A stretch of DNA of 62,712 nt, filler included, from Stramenopiles sp. TOSAG23-3 (GCA_900128585.1; 20 parts of 20 records of this genome joined end to end with filler, not necessarily neighbours in it); one strand, 5' to 3'; positions 47,164 to 59,500 are shown, numbered from the whole stretch's first letter. Translations and numbers: made by a program. The notes: generated by a model not told the origin, from the sequence alone.

Positions 47164-48225
47164 CCACGGACCGTCTACAAAATTACCCCTGTGCCGACCT
47201 CCAAATGGGTTTCGTGGCGTTGTCGAACTGTTATTACTGAACAGGGAGGAACTTTCTTCATTTCTGTCCTCCGCAAGGTTTGGCCAGTCAGAAAAGTCTG
47301 GCGCAACCACATTTCTACACGTTCCAAATACATTATCGGCATTTCGCGAATGCCATATTTTCCAGCAAATAGTTTTGTTCTGTGACGGAGAGCTCGAACT
47401 GGCTGTATCAGAACAGTCAATGGCGCCGTATTTTGAAAGTGATTCTAGGGAAGGCAAGGGGGCCCGGAATTTGACACTGCTAAAATGAGCAAAACCCGAT
47501 CCATACAGGCTGTAGTCCATGATGACTTGCATCAAGTAAGGCACATGGGATTCGAAAACATCAAACGTGCGGGGTTTCTCCTTGTCATTCGTTGAAACCA
47601 GGCCTGTGCGCAACGCTTGGGCAACGCGGAGAATGTCTCCCGGATTGTAGACGCTGATTTTTAGAAATGTATCTTCCTTGTCATGGAATCCATAAAACTG
47701 CATGCCTTTCACCCATTCCATTTTTGCGATGCGTCTCTTTCGGTTTACCCCTCTTCGATAACCTCCCGTCGATGCTCTAGCACCTGCGACTTTCCCAACA
47801 AATGTGGGAACGCTTTGCTCCACAGAAGCCATGTCTAACGCCGAATTAATTTCTTGTTTTATTTTTTTCTTAAACTGTCTCCCGCTTTGGATTTCGCCCA
47901 GGGTAAATTTTGTTCTGTCCCCGCAAGGCAATATATACAAGTACGGCAGCGACCCATGCACATGAATGCATGCATGCTGACCTCGCGGGGTTGCCCCGTA
48001 TATACGGACAACGGGCACTTTAATTTCTGACACTCTGTTTCTCCGGTCTTTTGGACTGCTGTGAGTTTGTGAGTTGGATGGTTGGGACCCAAACGAGGAA
48101 GAAGAGGCTTGGGATGAAGTTGGGTGTGCCAGGTCTTCATAGTCATTACGCATACTTTCCACGGTATCTAACGGGCACATGTAGTGATCTAGCGTTACAA
48201 CGCGGAGGCTAAATTGTGCCTCCAT
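47164..48225 (-). CDS. REV3: DNA polymerase zeta catalytic subunit, N-terminal part
   Basis: FSLRVVTLDHYM, VPVVRIYGATPRGQHACIHVHGSLPYLY, FYGFH, FLKISVYNP and FESHVPYLMQ..MDYSLYG. Confidence 0.92.
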
Positions 48226-49022
48226 GGTACGATGTAGCAAAGGCCCAACCCGAGCTGAAAGTTACTTGAATTCACAAAAATTCATGGTTAGCAGCACCTC
48301 TCTCAAAGGCTTTTCGTTGTTCTATAATAACTCGCCAGATGATTTGTTCCCACGCGTACAGTTTCTGTCGCTATTCCTGTCGCTATTCCTGTCGTTATCT
48401 TAGATGTTTATGTTTTTAGCGGATTCACGAACCGCATTTCAGGGCAATGAAAATATTTCTTGAAACTAAAAATGAGCGTTTACAATGAAGATTAATTATG
48501 ATGACAATGAATTGTCGATTCTGTCGTCTTCTTCTTTTTTTCTTCCTTTTTTTATTTTTTCGTCGTTATATTGTATTATTTCTTCTTCTTCTTATGTATT
48601 TATTTTTTGGTGGTGTTTTTTTTTGTTGTTGTTTGTTGGTGGTATCTTTTATTATCCCCATAGTACGTAGTGGATTATTATTAGACGAATATAAAAAATA
48701 TTTATTGATTGTTTATCGTACCGGTTAGGTATTAATACATAGTGGTACGATAGTATTAATATCATTTAAGTAATAATTTTATTATATTTGTATTACGAAA
48801 GAAGATGACTCCGTCCAACGCAATCACACAGCAAGGGCGACGAGGTGGGCATAATTAATATACGATGACGATGGGACGGGAGGGGAGGAAAGGAGGAGAG
48901 GAAGGAGAGGGCGGAGAGGGGCGGGGGATTTGGGATTTGATGAATTCTTCCCGGGAAGAAATTCATCTTAAAGCAATTAGTGGCACATATTTTATTGTTT
49001 TTTCCTTTTCCCACGGACAATA

Positions 49023-49616
49023 ATGTCGAGTAAAGTTTCGTTGTGTGGTTTCGAGGTCAAGGGTCGACTCGAAAAACAAAGCCTCTTTCTGGTTTCTATA
49101 TTGGCCTTCGCGGACATATTGTCGCATTATTTGGTAGGTTTTCTCTTGGTATTTCAGGGATACCTGTCCCACCGTCCTCATTTCATGATGTTGACGGCAG
49201 GGATGTTTTTGCATTTGTTATTGTTCGGTGGGTGGGCTTCCCTAACCCCTAGGAAAGAACTGAGAGGAAAGGATCGCCACCGCTTAATGAAGAGTCAAGG
49301 CGGGCATAGTGTTATGCTGGCATACTTTTGTGGATTTGGAACCCTTGCCGAATACGTGAGGTTGGCTCGAGACGAAGGGGGAGGGAAGGCCAAGCTAATA
49401 AAAGCAGCGAGGCTCCATGCCTTCGGATTTAGTATCGCAAAGATGCTCTGTTCGTGTACTGTTTTTTTCGCGTTCAACGCCAGCGATCGGGCACTGCTTG
49501 CAACACATGGCTTTTCAATGTACGTGAACTGGAGCTTTGGTCTTACGTTGATAACATTTTTCACGATAATGGGGACACGGGAGGTTAGCGAAAGGGAAAA
49601 TATGAAGAGTAAATAG
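49023..49616 (+). CDS. Multi-pass membrane protein, unknown function
   Basis: 197 aa with 4-5 hydrophobic segments. Confidence 0.65.
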   Translation: MSSKVSLCGFEVKGRLEKQSLFLVSILAFADILSHYLVGFLLVFQGYLSHRPHFMMLTAGMFLHLLLFGGWASLTPRKELRGKDRHRLMKSQGGHSVMLAYFCGFGTLAEYVRLARDEGGGKAKLIKAARLHAFGFSIAKMLCSCTVFFAFNASDRALLATHGFSMYVNWSFGLTLITFFTIMGTREVSERENMKSK

Positions 49617-49980
49617 CCACCATAATGCTGTAGTATTTATCAAACAGTATAAATTAACATTATCTCGTATAGACTAACTAAACGAATTATAATCTTGACC
49701 AGAACTTGGGAAGGATCTGCAACAGGAGGAGATATTGTTCTTGAACTGACAAACCCTTTTTTCTTTTTTAATGAAAGAGTTAGCGTACATATCTGTATTA
49801 AATCCCAAAATTCCTAATTATTACTCGTAAATAACAGCCATTACTTTGTTTTATAAGAATTAATAAGAGTTTAAATTATTATTGAATAACAGCCAATTTT
49901 TTGTTGTTTATTTTTTATAATTAATTGACAACGAGCACCTCTAAAATAATTACGCCGCTGCTTTGAAAATCACACAAGGA

Positions 49981-50168
49981 ATGAGTCACCTATGAATGAG
50001 ACACTGGACAAGGAAGTTAATTATGGGTCATTTGAAAGCATTGCTAATCCATCTACCGATTCAGATTATAAATGGAGTTCACCAGAGAATGATAGTCAAC
50101 ACTAAGTGACAAGGGTATATCGATTAGTAAAACCAAAAGAGCAAATAAAAGTTCGCAGTACATGAAGG
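49981..50168 (+). repeat. Dispersed repeat, copy 2 (see 25200-25344)
   Basis: Same sequence with about 43 extra internal bases. Confidence 0.9.
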
Positions 50169-50298
50169 AATGTAAACCTCGAATGTCTAAATCTAGNNNN
50201 NNNNNNNNNNNNNNNNNNNNNNNNNNNNNNNNNNNNNNNNTTAATTAATTAANNNNNNNNNNNNNNNNNNNNNNNNNNNNNNNNNNNNNNNNNNNNGA

Positions 50299-50346
<48 letters not shown>

Positions 50347-51154
50347 AGGAAAGAAAGAAAGAAAGAAAGAAAGAACGCTACCGGATTTAAATAAATTCCT
50401 TGTACCGCTACCGCTACACTGTATTACAATACAATAGCCTGTTCGCTTTTTTTAGTTTTTAAAAAGAAAAAAGAAGATGGGTCAGTACTCAGTACTCAGT
50501 ACGGTAACTATATATTCCTATGCTGTGTAATATACCAATATATATAATAATATAATACCGGTATAATTCCAATAATGTATTATTATTATATTTAGCAGGC
50601 AACAAGAAGGAGGAACGAAAAAGAAAAGAAGAAGAAGAGAAGCAGCGAAAAAAGAAGAAGTTGAAGAATAAGAAGAAGAAGAAGGAAGAAGAAGAAAAAG
50701 AAAAAGAAAAAGAAGAAGAAGAAGAAGAAGAAGAAGAAGAAGAAGAACGAAGAAGAAGAAGAAGAAGAAGAAGAAGAAGAAGAAGAAGGAGCAACAAGAA
50801 GAAAAAAAAGAAGAAGAAGACGACAACAAAAAATAATAATAATATAATAAAATAATAAAAAAACAAAAAACAAGAAGAAAGGAACAAGGAAACATTTCAT
50901 ATATATATACTTTCATATATATATACACTGTACAAAATACATTGAGTGTTAAAATGTTTCGAAAGGGATTTACGACAGATAATCATGTTGTTTATTCTGG
51001 TTTAATTTCATCTTTGCTTGCAAGAAGAGGAACCGCCCGCGCCGTGTTTTCGCTCCCCCTCCCCCCTATTGTTCAACGAAGAAAACACTTTGAGCTTGGG
51101 TTATAGAGTGAATAATACGTCCAGTCCAGTCCTGCAATTGTTTTTAAACATACC

Positions 51155-52135
51155 ATGTCCAGTTATGCAGGGGAAGGGATATCACGTGCCAAGGGTCCGC
51201 CGAAGAAGCCATCAAAGTATGGTGCGATGAAGGCAAAAAAAGTCGACAGGCTAAAAGGGAAAACCACGTTCAACTCGACTTCGACTATGTTTGTAGATAA
51301 TACCATCTCTGTGCCTGACAATAAAAAAACCATGGAAGCGGTCGCAGAGCGTCTCTCGTCACTAATTATGAAAGGGGAAGAGAGCGTCCAGGGCAACATG
51401 AAAGTGAGCACTAGTTTCGATGAACCGGAAGCTAGTGTACAGACAAATGTGCCCAGCCGAAAGTTGTTGTTCGAGGTTATCAATCATATTTTTGTCACCG
51501 GACAACTCGCCATTGACTGCACGATAATTGCGTTGATTTATATCGACCGCCTCCTATCCTCGGAGACCTTCTGTTCGGAAGCGAGCGCGATGGTCCCCGT
51601 GGTCTTGCATAAGAACAACTGGCGGCCTATACTAAGCGTGTCGTTTATGGTTGCGTCCAAAGTCTGGGATGATCTTAGCATGATAAATGTAGACTTTTCA
51701 ACGTTCCTGCCCTTTTCATTGAAGGAACTGAACGAATGGGAACGACGGTATTTGAGCGCCGTCAAGTTCAACGTTCGGGTAGGTGCATCCGTGTACGCCC
51801 AGTATTACTTTGACATCCGAGAATTTTTGCAAAAGAAGAACCCGTCCCAGATCCGGTTGCACGTTGCCAACAGCGCTCGAAAGCCGCTAGACAACAAAGC
51901 GGCCGCAAAATTAGAAGCGCTGTCCCAAGAAGCGCAGCTGCGCTTTATTGAATATTACGGAAATGCGCAACAGGATGCGGGAGGTGTTTTAGGCGTGGCT
52001 GCTGGGGACCAATCGTCTGCTCTAGATAATGCCGTCCTGGGCATGAGTCCAAAATTTGCTCAACGATCCAAGTCCTTGGACGAGTCTGCCTTCGACGGGA
52101 CCCTCGGGTCTCACGGGTTTGCGACGTTATCCTGA
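51155..52135 (+). CDS. Cyclin Y-like protein
   Basis: FNSTSTMFVDNTISVPD, CTIIALIYIDRLL, NWRPIL...ASKVWDD and LNEWERRYL...FNVRVGASVYAQYYFDIR. Confidence 0.9.
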   Translation: MSSYAGEGISRAKGPPKKPSKYGAMKAKKVDRLKGKTTFNSTSTMFVDNTISVPDNKKTMEAVAERLSSLIMKGEESVQGNMKVSTSFDEPEASVQTNVPSRKLLFEVINHIFVTGQLAIDCTIIALIYIDRLLSSETFCSEASAMVPVVLHKNNWRPILSVSFMVASKVWDDLSMINVDFSTFLPFSLKELNEWERRYLSAVKFNVRVGASVYAQYYFDIREFLQKKNPSQIRLHVANSARKPLDNKAAAKLEALSQEAQLRFIEYYGNAQQDAGGVLGVAAGDQSSALDNAVLGMSPKFAQRSKSLDESAFDGTLGSHGFATLS

Positions 52136-52359
52136 GCGACCATTAGGCGGTGCAAAAATTCGAGTTCTGGGGCAGACAGGCCGCGTTTTTATGGGATAGT
52201 AGGATTAAATTACCACGAACAATTCTTTTGCTTTGAAAAAAAAAAGAGATTAAACGAAGTAAGTTAAAGTATTTTGATAAAATAGAAAGCACAGGAAGCA
52301 GTATTCATATATATGGTAATGCTTCTCTGTACACTGTACACACTCGCCCGCACACCTTC

Positions 52360-52902
52360 TCACGAGTTTTCAAAAAAATGCTTCACCGCAGAGTCCACGT
52401 TCCAATCGTATGAGCGAAGGTACTGAATTGCTCTCGATTCGGACGCTCCCGTATACTCTCTAAACTGTGCAATCTTTCTCAGGTCAAGATTCTGGGCTGG
52501 AAAGGTTGAGTCGGCTGTTTTTACCGACGCCTCGTACGGTGCCGGCTCGGCAGCTTTGCGTACGTCCCTTGAAGCCTGGGGGCGCGCAGTGGCGCTTGCG
52601 GTGGCGCGGTTGTTTGCGAGCTGCTCGGGCACGCCGCTGTTGCCGCCGAACATTTCCCTAAAAAACTGGAGCCGGCGTTCTTTTTCTCCACGTTGCTTTT
52701 CCCACTCGGAAAAGTCTTTAATAGCCTGTTCTTCCAGCTCAAAGTCGTATCGAAACGCCAGCGAACTGGACAAAGAGTCACTTGTCCCTCTATTTAAACC
52801 ATCGAACGGCCCGCCGGCTCCGTGCGCCCCCTTTCCCGTCAAACTAACAACATCACTGTAAGCAGTTAAATTCGAAAATCTACGCTGGGCACTGCTGGCC
52901 AT
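52360..52902 (-). CDS. Protein with C-terminal UBA-like domain
   Basis: IAQFREYTGASESRAIQYLRSYDWNVDSAVKHFF. Confidence 0.75.
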   Translation of the reverse strand: MASSAQRRFSNLTAYSDVVSLTGKGAHGAGGPFDGLNRGTSDSLSSSLAFRYDFELEEQAIKDFSEWEKQRGEKERRLQFFREMFGGNSGVPEQLANNRATASATARPQASRDVRKAAEPAPYEASVKTADSTFPAQNLDLRKIAQFREYTGASESRAIQYLRSYDWNVDSAVKHFFENS

Positions 52903-53427
52903 GTTTAATCTGAAAACGCCCGTTCTCTGGTCGGTTTAAATGCTACCGATATAAACGGATAACTATCTGGTCAGATGATAAAGAATAAAAATTAAGAAGG
53001 AATCTTCAAACGTTACAGTATTTCCTTTTTGTTTGAATCTAAGAAATGTTTAATCTAAATTATAAAACAAACAAGAACATTTATTATTTATATAAATTTA
53101 AAAAATTTTTTGTTGTTGTTGTTGTTCTTCTTCTTCTTCTTGTTCTTCTTCTTCTTACTTTTTATTTTGTAGTTAGTAATAGTATATAGTATCAATAATT
53201 GAAGTTTTCTATCTCTTCTTCTTCTAAAAAATAATATTATATTTCTTCTTTGTTTGTTTGTTTGTTTGTTTGTTTGTTTGTTTGTTTGTTTGTTTGTTTG
53301 TTTGTTTCTTTCTTTCTTTCTTTCTTTNNNNNNNNNNNNNNNNNNNNNNNNNNNNNNNNNNNNNNNNNNNNTTAATTAATTAANNNNNNNNNNNNNNNNN
53401 NNNNNNNNNNNNNNNNNNNNNNNNNNN

Positions 53428-53727
53428 TTCGACGCAACGGCTGTACTCGACGAAACGACCATACGCTGCAAAAAAGAAGTGTGGAATGTAGTGCGTGATT
53501 CTTCGATTGTCTGGATACCAGTGAATTTTTTGAATTTCATGTACTGTCCAGCCCATTTGCGGGTTCTTCCATCCATTTTTACGTCGTTGGCGTGGAATAC
53601 GATCCTGTCGACAAAGATCCACAAGTCATTGGACGCCGAGCAAAAACAACACTGCATCGTCACTATGCCTGAAACGCAAATGCAGTATTGCGTGATGCCC
53701 CCCCGACAGTTAAATAATAAAAAATAA
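53428..53727 (+). CDS. Mpv17/PMP22 family protein, C-terminal fragment
   Basis: VWIPVNFLNFMYCPAHLRVL...LAWNTILS. Confidence 0.8.
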   Translation, partial: FDATAVLDETTIRCKKEVWNVVRDSSIVWIPVNFLNFMYCPAHLRVLPSIFTSLAWNTILSTKIHKSLDAEQKQHCIVTMPETQMQYCVMPPRQLNNKK

Positions 53728-53822
53728 AAAAACATGTACATATTTTGATTAATTAAATATAAAAAAACAAATTATATAGTACGCAAATATATCTAATTTT
53801 TTTTTATTATTATATAGACTAA

Positions 53823-53907
53823 AATATAAAATTATAAAATTAATGAAGTTTAACAAGAAAATGAGTAATACCATGAATGGAACTTTTGAATCTTAATTTT
53901 CCTCAGA
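53823..53907 (+). repeat. 85-bp direct repeat, copy 1 (copy 2 at 56030-56114)
   Basis: AATATAAAATTATAAAATTAATGAAG...TCTTAATTTTCCTCAGA, with one mismatch between copies. Confidence 0.92.
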
Positions 53908-53985
53908 TAAAAACAAGAAAATTGGCTGTTGTTTAACCTCCTCCTTCCTGTTACTTATAAGCAGAACACCCTCTATGCAAACGGG

Positions 53986-55404
53986 TTAGGGGATACAACC
54001 CGGGTTCCGTTTCTCCGAACGTCCATGTTCGACCCAATGATCAAGTGCACTGTGACAATTGCTACCAAAAGCAGCCCTAAGATCACTGTACCGTGCCAAA
54101 TAGCAATCACAATCAAATGTACATTCCGGGTTCCGTTTCTCCGAACGTCCATGTTCGATCCAATGATCAAGTGCCCTGTCACAATTGCTACCAAAAGCAG
54201 CCCTAAGATCACTGTACCGTGCCAAATAGCACTCACAATCAAATGTACATTCCGGGTGCCGTTTCTCCCAATGTCCATGTTCGACCCAATGATCAAATGC
54301 CCTGTCACAATTGCTACCAAAAGCAGCCCTAAGATCACTGTACCGTGCCAAATAGCACCCACAATCAAATCGTCGACACCATGGGTTCCGTTTCTCTGAA
54401 TGTCCATGTTCGATCCAATGATCAAATGCCCTGTCACAATTGCTACCAAAAGCAGCCCTAAGATCACTGTACCGTCCCAAATAACACCCACAATCAAATC
54501 GTAGGAGATCGACGTTAACGTCTTTCCAAGCATACCACTCCAGCGCTTTCCGCGCTTTGTCAATGTTTTCCTCGGGAATGCCGATGCCGGAGCAACCCCC
54601 TTTCCAATGGCACTTGTAATTGTTCACTATGTCAACCTTCCACATACCCGTGTACATGTACCCAATCTCAACGGCGTTGTGGTGGCAACGGGATGCGCCG
54701 ATGGCCAGTGAATATCGGGCCTCGTTTTCCTTCGGTTGGATAAAGAGATCGAAGACGGTAAACTGAGAACTATCTCCAAAGATCCCCATCTCATAATTTA
54801 TAAACACACTTTCTGGCACTCCCCAAGACTTTAGTTTCTTTAGCATCTTCTTGGTTACGTCCGTGGAACCACATTCACCGTGGATTGTCTCCGTTTTCAC
54901 AATCGATTTTGATTCCCTCTTCGGTTGTCCATCAAGGACACAGCCACAGGGCTGTGGGCACACCCTTTTTTGAACATCCCCGTTAGTTTTGCACGGGCCA
55001 ATCACTTCATGACTCAGTACTTTCCAACGGTAGCGGGCACTCATTTCTTTGTAACACCGCGCACCGTCTTCCAAGGGCTCTTTCCTATCGAAGTCACCGT
55101 CGTCATCCTTTTCACCTTCATAGTTGTCGTCGCACCAGGCAACCCTCCTTCTTGGACAGCCAGCACCGGGACAAGTATCGGTTTCGCCTTGAAAATCTGG
55201 GGAGCATCGGACACCATTTTTGTTGTTGCAGCAGTACGACTTTGGATCTGATCCACTCGTCTCACAGACCACGCCTCTCACATCGTCGGGAAGCTGATGC
55301 TGGTTTGCTTTCTTGTCACGAAAGTTACTGAAAGCAGTCACCATGGACTCTGCAGATGCCACAGCGAAGAAGCTGGCAAGGCAACACAAAGCGAAGAGTT
55401 TCAT
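53986..55404 (-). CDS. Secreted Cys-rich protein with four C-terminal ~41-aa repeats
   Basis: Signal peptide MKLFALCCLASFFAVASA; FDCxCYLxRYSDLRAAFGSNCxxAxDHWxEHGxxEKRxPxC four times (~123-bp period). Confidence 0.85.
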   Translation of the reverse strand: MKLFALCCLASFFAVASAESMVTAFSNFRDKKANQHQLPDDVRGVVCETSGSDPKSYCCNNKNGVRCSPDFQGETDTCPGAGCPRRRVAWCDDNYEGEKDDDGDFDRKEPLEDGARCYKEMSARYRWKVLSHEVIGPCKTNGDVQKRVCPQPCGCVLDGQPKRESKSIVKTETIHGECGSTDVTKKMLKKLKSWGVPESVFINYEMGIFGDSSQFTVFDLFIQPKENEARYSLAIGASRCHHNAVEIGYMYTGMWKVDIVNNYKCHWKGGCSGIGIPEENIDKARKALEWYAWKDVNVDLLRFDCGCYLGRYSDLRAAFGSNCDRAFDHWIEHGHSEKRNPWCRRFDCGCYLARYSDLRAAFGSNCDRAFDHWVEHGHWEKRHPECTFDCECYLARYSDLRAAFGSNCDRALDHWIEHGRSEKRNPECTFDCDCYLARYSDLRAAFGSNCHSALDHWVEHGRSEKRNPGCIP

Positions 55405-56029
55405 CTTGTCGTTTTTTAAAATTATTTTAAGCGGGGCAATCCAAGCGACTGTAATCGTTATTATCATTGAACCTCTGTCTGAATATGCTGCTCGAGTAGG
55501 GTGTATTAATGAAAAATATCCCCTCACGCTTCCACACTGTAAACAGTCGTCGTTCCTTTTGGTATACTTCGTACAATTTAGTAGTTATTTGTGGACGGAC
55601 GACGCTGCTTCTTTTTTTTTTTTTTACATTCTTTTTATTATTTTTTTGATGCTCTCATGATGTTATCATATAATCTCCTTTTTAAACTAATATTGAATGA
55701 CCAATAATAATAATAAAAAAAAGGAAAAAAAAGTCGTCGTCTTTTATATGCAAATAGTAGTGTACACTAGCTACGAGGATAGCAACAAATATAATTATTA
55801 TTTTTCATATTTTTTTTTTTTCGATCTTTTTTTTGTTGTTGTTTTTGAACTGACTCCAAATGTAAATGCTGTGTGATGTTATTTAAAATAGTGTAATATA
55901 TTGTAGGTCTATAATGTAATACTATTGGAAACAAAAAATGAAGAAAATGGGGAGGGAGAGGATGTTGTTTGTTTTTGTTTTTTTTATTATTTTTTATTAA
56001 AATTTTATTATCATTTTATACTACCAAGT

Positions 56030-56114
56030 AATATAAAATTATAAAATTAATGAAGTTTAACAAGAAAATGAGTAATACCATGAATGGAGCTTTTGAATCT
56101 TAATTTTCCTCAGA
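56030..56114 (+). repeat. 85-bp direct repeat, copy 2
   Basis: See 53823-53907. Confidence 0.92.
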
Positions 56115-56196
56115 ATCCAGAAAATTCCATCGTATTTTACGACCGTGAAAACAAATTTTGATCTGCCGTACACGTGGACCACGATTACTTTTGACA

Positions 56197-56457
56197 ATGG
56201 CTAGTCTTACCACGGAAAATCGAATTGCCGTAGCGGAAGTTTCTGACGATCTTCATCACGAAGCAAGCGTTCACTTAGATTTTCTCGGTCACCACCCAGA
56301 AGAGCATCACGCCGACGAAGTGTGTCATGCAATAGAAGAGGGTGATTTCCAGTACAAACCACGTCTATTTCATGGAATGGAGGAAGATCCGGTGAAGGAA
56401 CCGAAAAGCTTTGTGTTTCAACATATCGTTAAGAAAACAAAAGAGTTCGTTAAGACG
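56197..56457 (+). CDS. Hypothetical protein, N-terminal fragment (His/acid-rich)
   Basis: Open from ATG to the contig end. Confidence 0.55.
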
Positions 56458-56557
56458 NNNNNNNNNNNNNNNNNNNNNNNNNNNNNNNNNNNNNNNNNNN
56501 NTTAATTAATTAANNNNNNNNNNNNNNNNNNNNNNNNNNNNNNNNNNNNNNNNNNNN

Positions 56558-59500
56558 TATAAAAAATGCAAAGATAGCGCTCCGGGGAAATAGTAGTGTT
56601 TCAAAGGATACTTTCTGTTTGCTTTCAAATGCGAGAAAGAGACTGTATTTTCTCCCTTAATTTTTACGGGGCCTTCATACAAATCTTCAATTTTACGGTT
56701 TGTGCTAGAGAGTACGTCCTTGGCTTTTAAACTTGTTAAAACCTCGGAAAGAACGTTGCAGCTGGATGTTTTCCCGGAGCAAGACGGTCCAAGCAGCAGA
56801 GCCGCCCTTCTGGTCTCCAAACTTCTGTGAATTTCCAGCACTTTTGCAGCCTGAACACATTGCCGCTTGCATCGTTCCCCAATGCAGTTCTCAAGCTTAT
56901 TCTGGAACACATCGTCTTTATATTTGCTTTCAAGGAGCGGTAAGTCATTAAAATTATTACTTGATAGACTCTCAGTAAATGTTTGGAAGTTGCATGTGTT
57001 GTCCAGCTTTTGGTATAACTGTAGAACTAAGTTTGACGCAGCAGCGAAAATGTGCCCACTATTTCGGTCTTGAACCTGACTGGTTACGCGTGAAAATATT
57101 GCGTCTCGGAGATGGTTATGATGTTGCAAGTTGTAATTTGCCATGACAAGGTCAACCACTTTTCCAAAATCGGGAACCCCAAAATACAGCGTCCGCATAT
57201 TAGAATGAATAGAAGGGGGTATTAAGCCCCGGTTTCGGGATTCTACTGTGCACACAAAACAAAAGGACCGCGCAGCTTTTACTTGAACATCTTGAAATGT
57301 GATATGCTCAAAATTGCGCGAAATTGCCTGAAACGCGATGCTTACAAATGATGCAACCAACTGAAGGTCTGATGTAGACATCTTATGAACACCCTCAAAT
57401 AGTAAAAACGCCCCAGATTTCATACAGCCATGTAGCAATCGTAAGATAGCTGTTTTTCCCGTCGGGTGTGACGGAGACCTAACGATAAAATGTTTGCCGA
57501 GAGTAACGTTAAATACTTCAAGAAACGAACGACTGAAACGCAATGTTGAATCTTCGTCTGCAATCATGTATGTGTGATACATATTAAATAATTTAAAATT
57601 GCCATAGCAGTTTTGTTCCCCGTCAACAAAAAAATCAATTGTTGACCAAGTATCTCCAGTAAATTCGTATTCATACGGAACAGAAACATCTCCGCAATCA
57701 ACAGACCATTCTAGCCGCTTGTCATGAGCAGATACTTTAGTTTTTGGCTTCATGAATAGCAAAAATTCTGTGGTACTGAGCGCTTGTGTGTCTATGAGCT
57801 TTTTGACAAATCCCCTTCCATTAATTAAAGATGACTGCATTGAATTTATTCGAATCCAATTACTCAGCTTTTTTGAATCATCGCCCATCGCGTTAAATTG
57901 CTTGTGAAAAGTTTCCAATTGGGCAATATATCCGTTCAAAACTTCTAAAAATGTATCTAAATCACGACGAGACTGTTCCCCCTCAAGAGCGGCATGGGTA
58001 TACTTATTGGTCCAAGAGTTGATCCACGCAGTAATTACTTGCGTGGGAATATCAACGGGTCTGGTTTCTGAGAATACATCTTTCGGCTCCAGCCTCATAG
58101 CCTCTAATGCTGCCTCTCGTATAGAATAAGCTACTTCTCTTTCTAAATGCTCGAAGAAGTGGCAGCCGACTCTGCGCATTCGAATAACTCTCTTCAAATT
58201 CAAATTAGTGTACCGTGACGACACTGAAGTGATCAAAGGATTTTCTACGTCCTGGGCGCTAAAATTGACTGTGCTGATGTGGGGAAACAACTTTCGGGTG
58301 TAAAAATCCAAGTTTTTTCCAAGTCTTGAGCATTCTGCAACTGCCTCCAGGGCTTCAAAATCGTCTAAAAAGTACAGTCTTGTGCAAGATACCCGCATAT
58401 CTTTTACAAATTTCTTTATATCATCCTGGATCCACTTCCTGTCTTTCTGAATAAATTCAAACAACTCAGCATTTTCTTCTTTTTCCGGGGCATTAAAAAA
58501 TATTTGAAGTTTACCATCGTCTTTTGATGGAAGAGTGTATGAAAAGTGCTTGACGAGCGTCGACCACCGTTCTACGCAATCAAGCCACGTTCTATAGGCG
58601 TTGGGGAGCATGTTTTGCGTGTCTTCGAAATAAAACAACTTTCCCATTTGCGCTATGAAGATTTCCTCTCGTGACATACGTGCCAGCATGGTACCTAAAG
58701 TTTCAAGATCGTTTTTGTGCTTCAGCCCTTGCCGTCTAATAATATCTGCGTAAGGAGACGATAACAGTAGGCCAATTTTGACCAAGCTTGATTCAATCGA
58801 CGCACACAACAACGATTTATTTTTTATGTAACCCATTGCAAATTTTGAGGTGATACGCCTTGAGTCAATTTCGACATTAATATTTTTCCAGGGGCTTGTT
58901 AAAGCACTAAATTGTTTCATTACCCGTTGTTCTCCTATAGCGGTATCATGAAGCATCAAAACTTCTTTGTAATGGTTGTCCACCAGCAAAACCACATGTT
59001 CTAGCAAAATCGCGCGCCGGTACACTGTGTCTAAACCAATGACAGATCTATTGCGAGTCAGTCGCCTCTCCATGTCTCTATCTCCTACTAAATGAGCTAA
59101 TTTTTTCCATTGTGAAAAGCTGATATGTGATTCGAGTAGTATATGAATTATTTGCATTGCATTTGACATTCTCTCGGCGAAGAAAACGCTACTTTTTGCC
59201 ATTTCATGGTCTGGAAGGATTTCCGATGCTTTTTTTGCCGTGATTGTATTTTGCTCCACCACGTTGTCCAAGTCCCTCAAGTTGAAGTCAACGATGGGGT
59301 GTTTGCGGTGAGATTCCAGAAATGTTTTGTTAGCGGTCGTTACTAAAACAGCTTGCAAAAGTGAGTCCGTTTTCGTTTGTACTTCCTGGACAAAGTGTAA
59401 TATTGAAGGGTTTATTTCAAGATTATAAGTCTTCTTCAATCGGAAACATGTATTTGCTTTTCCCTCATACATTTTCAGTTTTTCAACAGATTTTGTGAGA

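Noticed and set aside
47064-48240. REV3 as the polymerase of the adjacent viral element
   Set aside because: It is on a different contig across a linker and is cellular Pol zeta, not a protein-primed PolB.
50489-50928. Poly-F/L/S or poly-E/R/K ORFs (also 9483-9722, 24672-24899, 28294-28536)
   Set aside because: Translations of GAA/TTC microsatellites.
53929-54563. 123-bp tandem repeats as a CRISPR array, and repeat ORFs in other frames
   Set aside because: No unique spacers; the period is a multiple of three and is explained by the protein repeat in 53986-55404.
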